64,000 bases of DNA from positions 250,058 to 314,057 of the forward strand of contig NZ_JBITVE010000002.1 of NCBI RefSeq assembly GCF_044542795.1. Direction: 5' to 3'. The stretch comes from Microbacterium sp. NPDC077663 (GTDB lineage Bacteria; Actinomycetota; Actinomycetes; Actinomycetales; Microbacteriaceae). Below are positions 49,510-60,219 of the stretch, piece by piece; position 1 is the stretch's first letter, and each line of letters begins with the position of its first letter. The notes under the pieces were generated by a model. That model was not told where the DNA came from. It worked only from the letters and a program-made list of their open reading frames with translations, and ran no database searches. The position numbers and the translations under genes were made by a program.

Positions 49510-51173
49510 GCGCCATCGCTTCCGGCCGGACATCGCTGGGCATCGAGCTCGGATCGACCCGCATCAAGGCCTGCCTCGTCGACGCGGAGAACCCGACCAC
49601 CGTGCTCGCCGTCGGCAGCCACGAGTGGGAGAACGCGCTCGAAGACGGCGTCTGGACCTACGCCGAGGACGCCATCTGGTCGGGGCTGCAGGCGGCCTAC
49701 GCCGACCTCGTCGCCGACGTCCGTCGCCAGGGCGCAGAGCTTACCGAGCTCGCCGGCATCGGCGTCTCGGCGATGATGCACGGCTACCTCGCCTTCGACG
49801 AGGGCGGCAACCTCCTCGTTCCGTTCCGCACTTGGCGCAACACCTCCACGGGGGCCGCCGCGGCCGAGCTGACCGAGCTGCTCGGCGTCAACATCCCGCT
49901 GCGCTGGTCGATCGCCCATCTGCACCAGGCGATCCTCGACGACGAGGCGCACCTCGCCTCGCTGGCGAAGATCAACACCCTCGCCGGGTGGGTGCATGAG
50001 AAGCTCACCGGACGTTTCGCGCTGGGCGTCGGCGACGCGTCGGGCATGTTCCCCGTCGGCTCGGACGGCCAGTACGACCGCGAGCGCGTGGCCGCGTACG
50101 ACGCGCACGCCACGGGATTCCTCGCGGGCCGCAGCCTCACGGACCTGCTGCCCGAGGTGCTCCCCGCGGGAGCGGACGCCGGGACCCTCAGCGCCGAGGG
50201 CGCCGCCCTCCTCGACCCCACCGGAACGCTCCGGCCGGGTGCCGTGGCGGCCCCCGCCGAGGGCGACGCCGGCACCGGCATGGTCGCCACGAATGCGGTC
50301 TCGCCGCGCACCGGCAACGTCAGCGCCGGCACGAGCATCTTCGCGATGGTCGTCCTCGAGCGCCCGCTCGAGCGGGTGCACACCGAGATCGACCTCGTCA
50401 CCACGCCCGCGGGCGATCCGGTCGCCATGGTCCACTGCAACAACGGCGCGAGCGAGCTGGCGTCGTTCGTGTCGCTGTTCTCGCGGTTCGCCGCGGCATC
50501 CGGTCAGTCGCTGACGAACGATGCCGTCTACGAGACGCTCCTGCGCGAAGCCCTCGAGGGCGCCGCGGATGCCGGCGGCGTGCTCGCGTACAACCACTTG
50601 AGCGGCGAGCCGATCGCCGGCCTCGACGAGGGCCGCCCGCTCGTCGTGCGCACGCCGGACGCGGAGTTCTCGCTCGCGAACGTCATGCGGGCACAGGTCT
50701 ACGGCGTTTTCGCGACGCTGGCGATCGGCATGCAGACCCTCGCTGAGGAGGGTGTCGGGCTCGACCAGATGTTCGCCCACGGCGGGGTGTTCCGCACCGC
50801 GGGGGTCGCGCAGCGCTTCCTTGCCGGAGCCCTCGACGCTCCCGTCACGGTCGGCGACACGGCGGCAGAGGGCGGCGCGTGGGGCATGGCCGTGCTCGCG
50901 GCGTTCGCGGCAGCGCAGCGCGACGTTCCGGGGACGCGGGATGCCACCGGAGCGGCAACCGAGCGACAGGACGCGTCCCCGGAGCTTGCCGCCTACCTCA
51001 CCGACCACGTGTTCGCGGGGGCGGCATCCGTCACCGTGGACCCGGATCCGGCGGACGTCGCCGGGTTCGCCGACTACCTCACCCGCTACCGCGCTGGTCT
51101 CGCCGCCGAGGCCGCCGCCGTCACCGCACTGCCGCTGCGCGGCATCCGCTCATCGAACGAAGGAACAGCATGA
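49506..51173 (+). CDS. araB: ribulokinase (FGGY carbohydrate kinase)
   Basis: 555 aa with an FGGY N-terminal motif ([13 protein letters not shown]); ATGA overlap with araD and araA. Confidence 0.85.
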   Translation: MSAIASGRTSLGIELGSTRIKACLVDAENPTTVLAVGSHEWENALEDGVWTYAEDAIWSGLQAAYADLVADVRRQGAELTELAGIGVSAMMHGYLAFDEGGNLLVPFRTWRNTSTGAAAAELTELLGVNIPLRWSIAHLHQAILDDEAHLASLAKINTLAGWVHEKLTGRFALGVGDASGMFPVGSDGQYDRERVAAYDAHATGFLAGRSLTDLLPEVLPAGADAGTLSAEGAALLDPTGTLRPGAVAAPAEGDAGTGMVATNAVSPRTGNVSAGTSIFAMVVLERPLERVHTEIDLVTTPAGDPVAMVHCNNGASELASFVSLFSRFAAASGQSLTNDAVYETLLREALEGAADAGGVLAYNHLSGEPIAGLDEGRPLVVRTPDAEFSLANVMRAQVYGVFATLAIGMQTLAEEGVGLDQMFAHGGVFRTAGVAQRFLAGALDAPVTVGDTAAEGGAWGMAVLAAFAAAQRDVPGTRDATGAATERQDASPELAAYLTDHVFAGAASVTVDPDPADVAGFADYLTRYRAGLAAEAAAVTALPLRGIRSSNEGTA

Positions 51174-52672
51174 CCCTCTCCACCAGCCTCGAGCAGTACA
51201 CCGTCTGGTTCGTCACCGGCAGCCAGAACCTCTACGGCGAGGAGACGCTGCGCCAGGTCGCCGAGCAGTCGCAGGCCGTCGCCGAGGGCCTCGCCGGTCT
51301 TCCGGTGACCGTCGAGTGGAAGCCCGTCCTGAAGGACTCGGACTCGATCAAGCGACTCGCGCTCGACGCCAACGCGGACGATTCGGTCATCGGCGTCATC
51401 GCCTGGATGCACACCTTCAGCCCCGCCAAGATGTGGATCTCGGGCCTCGACGCACTCCGCAAGCCCCTGCTGCACCTGCACACGCAGGCGAACGTCGAGC
51501 TGCCCTGGAACGACATCGACTTCGACTTCATGAACCTCAACCAGGCCGCCCACGGCGACCGCGAGTTCGGGTACATCCAGACGCGCCTGGGCGTGCCGCG
51601 CAAGACGGTCGTCGGCCACGTCTCGAACCCGGTCGTCGTGCAGCAGATCGAGGATTGGGAGCGCGCCGCCGCGGGCTGGCAGGCCGTGAACACCCTCAAG
51701 CTCGCGCGCTTCGGCGACAACATGCGCTACGTCGCCGTCACCGAGGGCGACAAGACCGAGGCCGAGCTGCAGTTCGGCGTGCAGGTGAACACGTGGGGCG
51801 TGAACGAGTTGGCGGATGCCGTGGCCCAGGCATCCGAGGCGCAGATCGACGCCCTCGTCGAGGAGTACGTCGCCTCCTACGACGTGGCCGACGAGCTGCT
51901 GCCGGGAGCCGAGCGGCACCAGTCGCTGCGCGACGGCGCGGCGATCGAGATCGGGCTGCGCTCGTTCCTCGAAGCAGGCGGCTTCGGAGCGTTCACGACG
52001 TCGTTCGAGGACCTGGGTGCGCTGACGCAGCTGCCCGGTCTCGCCGTGCAGCGCCTGATGGCCGAGGGCTACGGCTTCGGCGCCGAGGGCGACTGGAAGA
52101 CCGCGATCCTCGTCCGCGTCGCGAACGTCATGGGCTCGGGGCTGCCCGGTGGAGCGAGCCTCATGGAGGACTACACGTACGACCTCGTCCCCGGTAACGA
52201 GCGGATCCTCGGCGCCCACATGCTCGAGGTCTCGCCGTCGCTGACGACGTCGAAGCCGCGCCTCGAGGTGCACGAGCTCGGCATCGGCGGCAAGGCCGAC
52301 CCCGTCCGTCTCGTCTTCACGGCGGACGCGGGTCCCGCGCTCGTGGTCGCGATGAGCGACATGCGCGACCGGTTCCGCCTCGTCGCGAACGTCGTCGAGA
52401 ACGTCGACGCCCCCGACCTGCCGAAGCTGCCGGTCGGCCGCGCCGTCTGGAAGCCGTCGCCCGACTTCGCGACCTCGGCATCCTGCTGGCTCGCGGCGGG
52501 CGCCGCACACCACACCGTCATGACGACGGCCGTGTGCATCGAGGTGTTCCGCGACTTCGCCGAGATCGCCGGCACCGAGCTGCTCGTCATCGACGAGGAC
52601 ACGACGGTGCGCGGATTCCAGAAGGAGCTCCGCTGGAACCAGGCGTACTACCGCCTCGCGCGCGGGCTGTAA
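51170..52672 (+). CDS. araA: L-arabinose isomerase
   Basis: Internal ATG after GAAGGAACAGC; 500 aa with AraA-like similarity throughout ([11 protein letters not shown] ... EGDWKTA). Confidence 0.85.
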   Translation: MTLSTSLEQYTVWFVTGSQNLYGEETLRQVAEQSQAVAEGLAGLPVTVEWKPVLKDSDSIKRLALDANADDSVIGVIAWMHTFSPAKMWISGLDALRKPLLHLHTQANVELPWNDIDFDFMNLNQAAHGDREFGYIQTRLGVPRKTVVGHVSNPVVVQQIEDWERAAAGWQAVNTLKLARFGDNMRYVAVTEGDKTEAELQFGVQVNTWGVNELADAVAQASEAQIDALVEEYVASYDVADELLPGAERHQSLRDGAAIEIGLRSFLEAGGFGAFTTSFEDLGALTQLPGLAVQRLMAEGYGFGAEGDWKTAILVRVANVMGSGLPGGASLMEDYTYDLVPGNERILGAHMLEVSPSLTTSKPRLEVHELGIGGKADPVRLVFTADAGPALVVAMSDMRDRFRLVANVVENVDAPDLPKLPVGRAVWKPSPDFATSASCWLAAGAAHHTVMTTAVCIEVFRDFAEIAGTELLVIDEDTTVRGFQKELRWNQAYYRLARGL

Positions 52673-52683
52673 GGGACGTGCGG

Positions 52684-52719
52684 AACGCCCCGGCATCCTT
52701 GCGGCGCCGGGGCGTTTCG
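52684..52719 (+). terminator. terminator hairpin after araA
   Basis: 11 bp perfect stem AACGCCCCGGC / GCCGGGGCGTT 12 nt after the araA stop, followed by TCGCGTG. Confidence 0.5.
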
Positions 52720-52737
52720 CGTGTCGAGTCGTGGCGG

Positions 52738-52826
52738 GTGTCACGCGATGCAATGGATGCCGGGCGGCGCGCCGCTGCATCCCCTCAGGCGTCGGCGTGT
52801 CGCCGCGGATCTGTTGCATCCGTGAG
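52738..52826. repeat. copy B of the roughly 90 bp MITE/REP-like repeat
   Basis: GTGTCACGCGATGCAATGGATGCCGGGCGGCGCGCCGCTGCATCC...GTGTCGCCGCGGATCTGTTGCATCCGTGAGCG is about 85% identical to 35200-35290. It lies between convergent araA and a membrane-protein gene. Confidence 0.6.
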
Positions 52827-52849
52827 CGCGATACGGAGCGGACGGGGAG

Positions 52850-53401
52850 TCAGTGCCCGCCGTGTCCGCCGTGCCCGGGCATGAAGACCTCGTTGACCTC
52901 GGCGCCGGGCGCATCGCTGCCGATGGGCGTGGCCGCGAGAGCGGGGGTCACGAGACCCGCCATCAGGAACGCCCCGACGATCAGCCCGCCGACGCTCGTG
53001 CGGGCCGCGGTGCGTGCGGCCGGACTCGACGAGCGCGAACGGTCCGCCCTGCGGAGGGCGACCGCTGAGACGACGCCGAGCGCCAGGCCCAGCCCGGCCG
53101 AGACGACGACGGGGTAGATGCTGGTCTGCGGCGGACCGACCACCAGCAGGGCGGTCACGGCGAGAAGACCCGCGAGCGAGATCACGATGCCGGCGCGCGG
53201 AGCGATGACCCGCCCCCGCATCAGGGCGAAGACCCCCCACGCGACGGTGCCGGCCCCGATGGTGGCGAGAAGGACGCCGACGCCGCGATCAGCAGCGTCG
53301 ACGCCCTTCACGATGGCGCCCGCGCCCAGTCCGAGCTGCAGCAGTCCCGCGCCCCACGCGGCGAGCGCGGGCCAGGAACGGACCAGGACGGACGGCGACA
53401 T
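52850..53401 (-). CDS. hypothetical membrane protein with C-terminal His-rich tail (GHGGHGGH)
   Basis: 183 aa with 4-5 TM helices. The HGGHGGH terminus suggests metal binding; that is inference. Confidence 0.45.
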   Translation of the reverse strand: MSPSVLVRSWPALAAWGAGLLQLGLGAGAIVKGVDAADRGVGVLLATIGAGTVAWGVFALMRGRVIAPRAGIVISLAGLLAVTALLVVGPPQTSIYPVVVSAGLGLALGVVSAVALRRADRSRSSSPAARTAARTSVGGLIVGAFLMAGLVTPALAATPIGSDAPGAEVNEVFMPGHGGHGGH

Positions 53402-53811
53402 CAGACGGCCGCGCGAGCCGAGACCTGCTTGTCAGCGGCGATGCCGACGCCGAGCAGCACGAGCGCGCTGGCCAGGTGCAGGAAGTGGTCGGCGGTGTTC
53501 AGCGCCAGGATGTTCGCGGCGGTGCCGACGAGGAAGAAGCCCACGACGCCGAGCAGCAGGTACGCGGCACCGACGACGATGTTGACGCCCTTGGCGGCGC
53601 GGACGTTGGACAGACCGCCGATGAGCAGCGCCGCTCCGATGAGAAGGTGCGCGACGTTGTGCAGCGGGTTGACCATGAAGATGCCGAGCAGCAGCTGGCC
53701 GTCCGTGGCGAGGAAGTCCACGCCACCGGTCACGGCGAAGCCGAGCAGCCCGACGAGGATGTAGACGGCGCCGAAGATGACGGCGACGAGGCGGTTGGGT
53801 GAGCTGGTCAT
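53401..53811 (-). CDS. DUF4383 domain-containing membrane protein
   Basis: Start at the internal ATG (MTSSPNRLVAVIFG...) after GGAGGG; 136 aa with 4 TM helices; 1 nt overlap with the downstream gene. Confidence 0.55.
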   Translation of the reverse strand: MTSSPNRLVAVIFGAVYILVGLLGFAVTGGVDFLATDGQLLLGIFMVNPLHNVAHLLIGAALLIGGLSNVRAAKGVNIVVGAAYLLLGVVGFFLVGTAANILALNTADHFLHLASALVLLGVGIAADKQVSARAAV

Positions 53812-54003
53812 GGGATTGTCCCTCCGTGTGATGCGGCGGATGCCGCGGGCCCTGCAGACATGTGGTGCTGCAAGACATTCGGTGCGACGCCCCGAACGGA
53901 TTGCGTCGGATGCGTCGTCGCCGACAGTAGGGAGGTGCTCACCCCGCGGCATAGCGGTTGTGGCCGCAGACCTTCGGTGCTATGAGCAGGCTGTGAACAG
54001 CGG

Positions 54004-55938
54004 TCAGTCCCGCAACAGCGTCCTCGTGCGGGTCCCGTCCGGCCAGACGACCTCAACCGCCTCGCCCTCGACACGAACGGACACCTCGAGACGCGCGTAC
54101 AACCCCGCGCCGCGCAGGTCGAGCACGACGGCGGCAACGCGCCCGACCGCCACGTCGAGGTCGACGACGGGCACCGCGATGCGCGCGCCGAGCGGCCCGG
54201 CATCCGCCCTCGTCACGACCTCCGCCGTCCCTCCCGAGTGCGAGCGGATGCCGCTGCGCAACGCACCGGCGACGGCGACCGCCTCGGCGCCGTCGATGCG
54301 AGCCTCGGGATCGTCGCCGGCTACGGCCCAGCCGCCGACCCGCAGGCGCACCTCCTCGGGGGCCACGCCGGGGGCGAGTTCCTCGACGCGGACGAGGCGG
54401 ACCTCGAGGCCGCCCCGCACGAGCGAATCCACCCGCAGGCGACCGGCACGACGGCCGACGCCCGCGAACCCCGGACCGTGGTTGCGGGTCGGCGCGTCGG
54501 TCGTGACCCAGTGGGCGTCCCAGACCGCCGCAGCCACCCCCACCTTCTCGTCCGCAATTCCGTCGATCCGAACGCCCCGCAGGCGCATCCCGGCGCGATG
54601 CGTCGCCCGCCCGTCGGGCGCCCGCAGCACGACGGACTGCTCGAGCGGTTCCGCCCAGGCCCGCGCGTCGAGCAGCGGCGCGGTCGCGGTGGAGTAGCCG
54701 ATGCGGGCGTACAGCGGCGAGTCCGTCGACACGGTGCCCGGCTGCGCGTGGTCCTTGCCGTGGTTGACGACGCGGACGATCCCGTCGTCGCGGGTGGCTG
54801 AGATGATCCAGCCCGGCGAGCGCACCGCGCGGAGCGCGTCGCCCGCCTCGACGGGCAGCGGCTCGGGGGCGGCGGTCCACACCGGGTGGTCGGCGGGAAG
54901 CATGATGCCCATGAGTCCCTTCACCGCCCAGTAGGGCGACCCCGGCCCGGAGTACGACTGCGCCATCGCGCGCCACGGGCCGTGCCAGCCCATCGTGAGG
55001 ACGCCGTCGGCGTCGGGGACACCCCGGTCGGCGAAGTGGCGGACGACGGCTTCGGCCGCATGCCGCAGTCTGCCGGGCGCGTGGGAGGGCGCCTCGGCGA
55101 TCACACCGATCCAGAAGACGGCGGCCGCGGCGAAGCGGTAGATGAGGCTGCGCCCCTGGATGAGCGGCGACCCGTCGGCACCGACCAGAGCGAGCGCATC
55201 GTCGAGGAAGCTATCCAGTCGGGCGATGTCGCCCGCCGTCCTGCCGGCGGCGAGGTCCGCCGCCCCCGACATCCGCGACCACAGGATCGGGTACGTGTGC
55301 AGCGCCCACCCGACGTAGTGGTCGTACGAGCGATCATCACCGTCGGAGAGCCAGCCGTCGTCGCGGATGAAGGAGTCGTGCCGAGCGAGGTCGGCCGCGA
55401 TGTCGTCCGCCGACCACGGCCCACCCACCGATCGCAGGAAGGTCTGCACGACGATCCGGAACCACACCCAGTTGTTGCGCGGGTAGCCGTCGTCGCCCAC
55501 CACCGACGCGAACCAGTCGATCGCCCGCTGCCGTGTGACGGCGTCGAGGGTGTCCCAGACCCACGGCCGGGTCAGGTCGAGGACGATCGCGATGGATGCC
55601 GCTTCGACCTTCGCCTGCCCGTGCTCGTCCGGGCGCACCCACCGGTCCGGTGCCTGCGGATCGACGCCGGAGGCGACACCTCTGCGGACGAACGCGAGCA
55701 GCTCGTCGACACCCTCGCCCCGCGCACTCGCGATGCGGAAGCCGGCGACCAGCAGCGTGCGGGCGAACCCCTCCAGGCCGTCGATGTCGTGGCCGTAGCC
55801 GCCTTCGGCACCCGGGAAGTGGATGCGTCCGCCGCCCGCCGTCGCGTGCCGCTGGGCGCCATCCAGCAGCCGGTCGGCGTACGCGACCCAGTCGTCGCGG
55901 GACCATTCCCGTCGTTCGGATCGCGCGTCGGCTGCCAT
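54004..55938 (-). CDS. DUF2264 domain-containing protein (putative glycoside hydrolase-like)
   Basis: Start at the internal ATG (MAADARSERREWSRDDWVAYADRLL) after GGGAGG; 644 aa. The 5' third of the 992 aa ORF is antisense/out-of-frame overlap with glxK. Confidence 0.7.
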   Translation of the reverse strand: MAADARSERREWSRDDWVAYADRLLDGAQRHATAGGGRIHFPGAEGGYGHDIDGLEGFARTLLVAGFRIASARGEGVDELLAFVRRGVASGVDPQAPDRWVRPDEHGQAKVEAASIAIVLDLTRPWVWDTLDAVTRQRAIDWFASVVGDDGYPRNNWVWFRIVVQTFLRSVGGPWSADDIAADLARHDSFIRDDGWLSDGDDRSYDHYVGWALHTYPILWSRMSGAADLAAGRTAGDIARLDSFLDDALALVGADGSPLIQGRSLIYRFAAAAVFWIGVIAEAPSHAPGRLRHAAEAVVRHFADRGVPDADGVLTMGWHGPWRAMAQSYSGPGSPYWAVKGLMGIMLPADHPVWTAAPEPLPVEAGDALRAVRSPGWIISATRDDGIVRVVNHGKDHAQPGTVSTDSPLYARIGYSTATAPLLDARAWAEPLEQSVVLRAPDGRATHRAGMRLRGVRIDGIADEKVGVAAAVWDAHWVTTDAPTRNHGPGFAGVGRRAGRLRVDSLVRGGLEVRLVRVEELAPGVAPEEVRLRVGGWAVAGDDPEARIDGAEAVAVAGALRSGIRSHSGGTAEVVTRADAGPLGARIAVPVVDLDVAVGRVAAVVLDLRGAGLYARLEVSVRVEGEAVEVVWPDGTRTRTLLRD

Positions 55939-55952
55939 GGACGACCTCCCGG

Positions 55953-57059
55953 TCAGGTTCTCCGCTGGGCCAGGCGCCGCCCGGCTTCGGTCAGCCACCG
56001 CGACGGATCGGCCATGGATGCGGCGGCGCTGCCCGCGAGCTCGGTCAGCGAGATCGCGTGCGCGAAGCCCGACGTGTCGGCATCCGGTCCGATCCGCCCG
56101 GCGACGACCGCGACGGGCACACCGTGCGCCGTGGCCAGCCCGTGGACGAAACCGGGCACCTTGCCCGCGGCGGACTGCCCGTCGAACGAGCCCTCGCCCG
56201 TGACGACGAGGGATGCCGCGGCCACCGCCCCGGCCAGATCCACGAGGTCGGCGACGCGCTGCGCGCCGGGCACCAGCTCGGCGCCCCAGGCGGCGAGGGC
56301 GAAGCCCGTGCCACCCGCCGCTCCCGCGCCCGGCAGGAGGGGGTCGGCGGCGGGGACACGTCGGGCGATGCAGGCGGCGTAGCGCTCGAGCACACCGTCG
56401 ACCACCTCGACGTCCGCGGCCGTCAGGCCCTTCTGCGGGCCGAAGACAGCGGCGGCGCCCGCCGGTCCCGTGAGCGGGTTGGTCACGTCGCTGAGCACCG
56501 TGACGCCGCCGGCCGGCGGGGCGAGCAGGTGGGAGAAGTCGATCGCCGAGACCGCGGCGAGCCCGCGCGCGCCCGCGGGGACGTCGCGCCCGTCGGCGTC
56601 GACCATGCGCGCACCGAGGGCCCGCAGCATCCCGCTCCCCCCGTCGGTCGAGGCGGACGACCCGATACCGAGGACGAGCCGGTCCACTCCTGCGTCCAGC
56701 GCTGCGGCGATCGCCTGCCCGAAGCCGGTCGTGTCGGCGTCCCAGGGCAGGCGGTCCTCCCCGAGGAGCTCGATGCCGCTCGTAGATGCGAGCTCGACGA
56801 CACCCGTCCCGTCGGGGAGCAGCAGCCAGGAGGCGTCGACCGGGGTACCGCGGGGGCCGCGCACCCGAACCGGCTGCCGGTTCGCCCCGGGGACGGCGGC
56901 GGCGAAGGCGTCGAGCGTCCCCTCGCCCCCGTCCGCCATCGGGCGCAGGACGACGTCGGCCGTCGGGTCGACCTCGCGCCATCCCGCCGCGAACGCGACG
57001 GATGCCGCGGCGGCAGGAAGCGAGCCCTTGAGACTGTCGAGGGCGACGACGAGGGTCAT
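55953..57059 (-). CDS. glxK: glycerate kinase
   Basis: Start at the internal ATG (MTLVVALDSLKGSL). Glycerate kinase family similarity throughout; ATGA overlap with the upstream LacI gene. Confidence 0.8.
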   Translation of the reverse strand: MTLVVALDSLKGSLPAAAASVAFAAGWREVDPTADVVLRPMADGGEGTLDAFAAAVPGANRQPVRVRGPRGTPVDASWLLLPDGTGVVELASTSGIELLGEDRLPWDADTTGFGQAIAAALDAGVDRLVLGIGSSASTDGGSGMLRALGARMVDADGRDVPAGARGLAAVSAIDFSHLLAPPAGGVTVLSDVTNPLTGPAGAAAVFGPQKGLTAADVEVVDGVLERYAACIARRVPAADPLLPGAGAAGGTGFALAAWGAELVPGAQRVADLVDLAGAVAAASLVVTGEGSFDGQSAAGKVPGFVHGLATAHGVPVAVVAGRIGPDADTSGFAHAISLTELAGSAAASMADPSRWLTEAGRRLAQRRT

Positions 57060-58099
57060 GCGCGCGGCGGGGTGCTCTCGCGCAGCAGCACGTCGAGCCG
57101 GAGATCGTCGGGATGCGGCTCCCACTGGGCGTCGGTCGCGGCGCGGAACGCCTGGTAGCCGACCTCTTCGAGCGGGACGTGCACGGTGGTGAGGGCGGGT
57201 GTCACGTCGCGACCGGTGGGGATGTCGTCGAAGCCCGCCAGGGCGATGTCGGCGCCGGCGGTGCGCCCGGCCGCGCGGATCGCCGTCAGCGCGCCGATCG
57301 CGACGACGTCGCTGATGCCGAACACGACCGTGCCCGCCTCGACGCCGTTCGCGAGCGCACGGGTCATCGCCTCGTAGCCGGACTCGCGGGTGAACCCGCC
57401 GCGGTAGACGCGGGGCTCTTCGCCGCCGCCGCCCGTGAAGCCGGCGCGGAAGCCGTCGAGACGGGTGTCGCTCGTCGCGGTCCCCTCCTCGGCGGCGAGG
57501 ACGATCGCCCGGCGGTAGCCGCGCTCGACGAGCGCACGTCCGAGAGCCTCGGCCCCCGCGCGGTTGTCGAGGACGAGCGAGCGCACGCTCCCCGCTCCGG
57601 GGCCGAGGGCGACGACCTGACCGCCCATCGCGGCGAGCAGGTCGAGTTCACGGGTGAGCTCGGGGGCGGGGCCGGCCGACGTGCGCGACGCGGCGAGGAT
57701 GAGTCCGCGCGGACGCTGGCCGCGCAGTGCGCGGACGAGGCGCACCTCGCGTTCCGCGTCGCGTTCGGTGATCGCCACCGTGACGACGAGGCCGGCCTCA
57801 TCCGCTCCGCGGGCGACACCCGAGGCGATGAGCCCGAAGTAGGGGTCGGCGATGTCGGCCACCAGCAGTGCGATGATCGCCGAGGTCCCGCGCGCGGTCG
57901 CCTGCGCCGAGAGGTTCGCGGTGTAACCGAGACGGGCCGCGGCCGCCTCGACGCGCTCGCGGTACGAGTCCGCGACCTTGCGGGTCGAGCCGTTGAGGGC
58001 GCGCGACGCGGTCGCGAGCGACACGCCCGCCTCGCGTGCGACGTCGTCGAGGGTCACCGCGCCCGAAGGGCCCGGTCGACGCAGGGTACGGTCCGTCAT
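57056..58099 (-). CDS. LacI family transcriptional regulator
   Basis: HTH (VTLDDVAREAGVSLATASRALNG) and a sugar-binding core; 347 aa. Confidence 0.8.
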   Translation of the reverse strand: MTDRTLRRPGPSGAVTLDDVAREAGVSLATASRALNGSTRKVADSYRERVEAAAARLGYTANLSAQATARGTSAIIALLVADIADPYFGLIASGVARGADEAGLVVTVAITERDAEREVRLVRALRGQRPRGLILAASRTSAGPAPELTRELDLLAAMGGQVVALGPGAGSVRSLVLDNRAGAEALGRALVERGYRRAIVLAAEEGTATSDTRLDGFRAGFTGGGGEEPRVYRGGFTRESGYEAMTRALANGVEAGTVVFGISDVVAIGALTAIRAAGRTAGADIALAGFDDIPTGRDVTPALTTVHVPLEEVGYQAFRAATDAQWEPHPDDLRLDVLLRESTPPRA

Positions 58100-58144
58100 G
58101 GTGCGAAGTCTACGGGCGGCCCTCGGCGTGCCCGCCGCGACCCG

Positions 58145-59017
58145 TCATCGACCGACGAGGTGCGGCGACACGGATGCCGCGAACCCCGCCACGGTCCGGC
58201 GAACCGCCTCGAGCGGCTCGGTGGCCCACACATCCGCGTTGAAGATCTCCACCTCGATGTCGCCCGTGTACCCCGTGTCGACGACGGCGCGGGTGAGGCC
58301 CGCCAGGTCGATCACGCCGTCGCCCGGATAGTGCCGGCCGAGCAGGACGTCCGCCGGGAGCGGGGTCTTCCAGTCGCAGACCTGGTACGTCGCGATCCGG
58401 CCCTCGCGGCCGGCACGCGCGATCGAGTCGAGGACGTCGGGATCCCAGAAGATGTGGAACGTGTCGACGGCGACGCCCACGACCGACGGGTCGAAGTCCG
58501 CCGCGAGGTCGAGCGCCTGCCCGAGCGTCGAGACGACGCACCGGTCGGTCGCGTACATCGGATGCAGCGGCTCGATCGCAAGCGTCACTCCGGCCTCGGC
58601 CGCGAAGGGCGCGAGTTCTCCCAACGCGTCGCGCACCCGCTCCCGGGCACCGAGCAGGTCGCGGGAGCCGTCGGGCAGTCCGCCGGCCACGAGCACGAGC
58701 ACGGCCTCCGAACCGGGGGCACCGGCCGCGGCGAGCGTGGCCGCCTCGTCGATGGCGACACGGTTGTCGTCGATCGACGCGCGACGGGCCGGGCCCTCGG
58801 GCATCGTGAAGAAGCCCGAGCGGCAGTGCGTCGAGAACCGCAGGCCCGAATCGGTCAGCATCGAGGCGGCGGTCTGCAGCCCGACCTCCTGCACCGGCTC
58901 GCGCCACAGACCGATCGACTGCACTCCCGCCGCTGCGGTCACGCGCAGCGCGGTCGCGAGGTCGGCGTGCTTGATCGTGCCTTGATTGATCGACAGGCGC
59001 GGGTCGACGGCGCTCAC
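58145..59017 (-). CDS. sugar phosphate isomerase/epimerase (xylose isomerase-like TIM barrel)
   Basis: GTG start at 59017 overlapping the upstream stop (GTGA); TIM-barrel AP-endonuclease/xylose-isomerase-like family; 290 aa. Confidence 0.75.
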   Translation of the reverse strand: MSAVDPRLSINQGTIKHADLATALRVTAAAGVQSIGLWREPVQEVGLQTAASMLTDSGLRFSTHCRSGFFTMPEGPARRASIDDNRVAIDEAATLAAAGAPGSEAVLVLVAGGLPDGSRDLLGARERVRDALGELAPFAAEAGVTLAIEPLHPMYATDRCVVSTLGQALDLAADFDPSVVGVAVDTFHIFWDPDVLDSIARAGREGRIATYQVCDWKTPLPADVLLGRHYPGDGVIDLAGLTRAVVDTGYTGDIEVEIFNADVWATEPLEAVRRTVAGFAASVSPHLVGR

Positions 59018-60216
59018 GCGTCGAGACCGTTCAGCCGCAGCATCCCGTTCCACCGCTCTGCGGCCAGCTCGGGACGCTCGAACGCCTTCGCCTCGTTCGC
59101 GAGCTCGACGATGCGCGAGAGGTGAGGCAGGCTGCGTGCGGAGTGCAGCCCGCCGACCATCTGGAACGCGGGCTGGTGCCCGTTGAGCCAGGCGAGGAAG
59201 GCCACGCCGGTCTTGTAGTAGAACGTGGGAGCGGCGAACACCTGACGTGACAGCGCCTCGGTGGGGGCGAGCACCTCGAGGTAGCGGGCCGGGTCGCCCG
59301 CGTCGAGCGCCTGGATGGCCGCCGACGCGACGGGGGTCAGCGCGGCGAACGCCCCGAGCAGTGCGTCCGAGTGCTGCCGGGCGGATGCCGGGTCGCGCGT
59401 CGGCTGCGGTGCGTCGGGCACGTCGGCGCCGCCGATGAGGCCGACGTAGTTGAAGTCGTCGCCCGTGAACATACGCACGGACTCGGGCAGGCGCTCGCGC
59501 ACCGAGACCTCGGAGGCCGCGTCGAGCAGGCTCATCTTGACACCCGCGACCTTGTCGACGTTCGCCTCGATGACCTCCAGCAGCACGGCCGACGCGGTCT
59601 GCCAGTCGGCCGCCCCGAAGTAGCCCGCCAGCTGCGGATCGAAGGCGGTGCCGAGCCAGTGCAGCACGACCGGGCCGGACGCGCGCGAGAGCACTGCGTC
59701 GTAGACCCGGCGGTAGTCATCGGCGCTCTCGGCGACGCGGGCGAGGTGGCGGGACGCCATGAGCACGGGGCCGGCACCCTGTTCCTCGGTGAAGTGGAGC
59801 TGCTCGAGGTAGGCCGAGACGACCTCGTCGAGCGTGATCCGCTCCTCCTCGACGTGGTCGGTGTTCACGCCGACGACGACGGAGCCGCCCTCTTCGCGGG
59901 CCACCTCGGCGGAGCGGGAGATCAGCTCACGGGTCGCCGCGGCATCCAGGCCCATGTTGCGCTGCGCGGTGTCCATCGCGTCGGCGACGCCCAGGCCCCA
60001 GGAGTAGACGTTGCGTCGGAACGCGAGCGTCGCCTCCCAATCGATGTCGGCCGGCTGCCCGGGGGTGTTGTCGGCGTGGGTCTTCGGCACGACGTGTGCC
60101 GCGGCGTAGGCGACGCGGCTGCGGAGTGCTCCGTCGGGGCGCGTGTAGCCGGACGTGTCGACGAGCGGGACGCGGCGGAGGACGCCGTCGCCCGACAGCA
60201 GGGTGAGATCGGTCAC
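59014..60216 (-). CDS. DUF993 / dihydrodipicolinate synthase-like family protein
   Basis: 400 aa with similarity to the DHDPS-like DUF993 proteins found in sugar-catabolic loci beside Gfo/Idh/MocA oxidoreductases. Confidence 0.65.
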   Translation of the reverse strand: MTDLTLLSGDGVLRRVPLVDTSGYTRPDGALRSRVAYAAAHVVPKTHADNTPGQPADIDWEATLAFRRNVYSWGLGVADAMDTAQRNMGLDAAATRELISRSAEVAREEGGSVVVGVNTDHVEEERITLDEVVSAYLEQLHFTEEQGAGPVLMASRHLARVAESADDYRRVYDAVLSRASGPVVLHWLGTAFDPQLAGYFGAADWQTASAVLLEVIEANVDKVAGVKMSLLDAASEVSVRERLPESVRMFTGDDFNYVGLIGGADVPDAPQPTRDPASARQHSDALLGAFAALTPVASAAIQALDAGDPARYLEVLAPTEALSRQVFAAPTFYYKTGVAFLAWLNGHQPAFQMVGGLHSARSLPHLSRIVELANEAKAFERPELAAERWNGMLRLNGLDA

Positions 60217-60219
60217 GGC

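Noticed and set aside
55939-56982. N-terminal 348 aa of the 992 aa minus ORF (54004-56982)
   Set aside because: This part overlaps the glycerate kinase gene in another frame. The DUF2264 protein begins at the internal Met at 55938, which has a good RBS.
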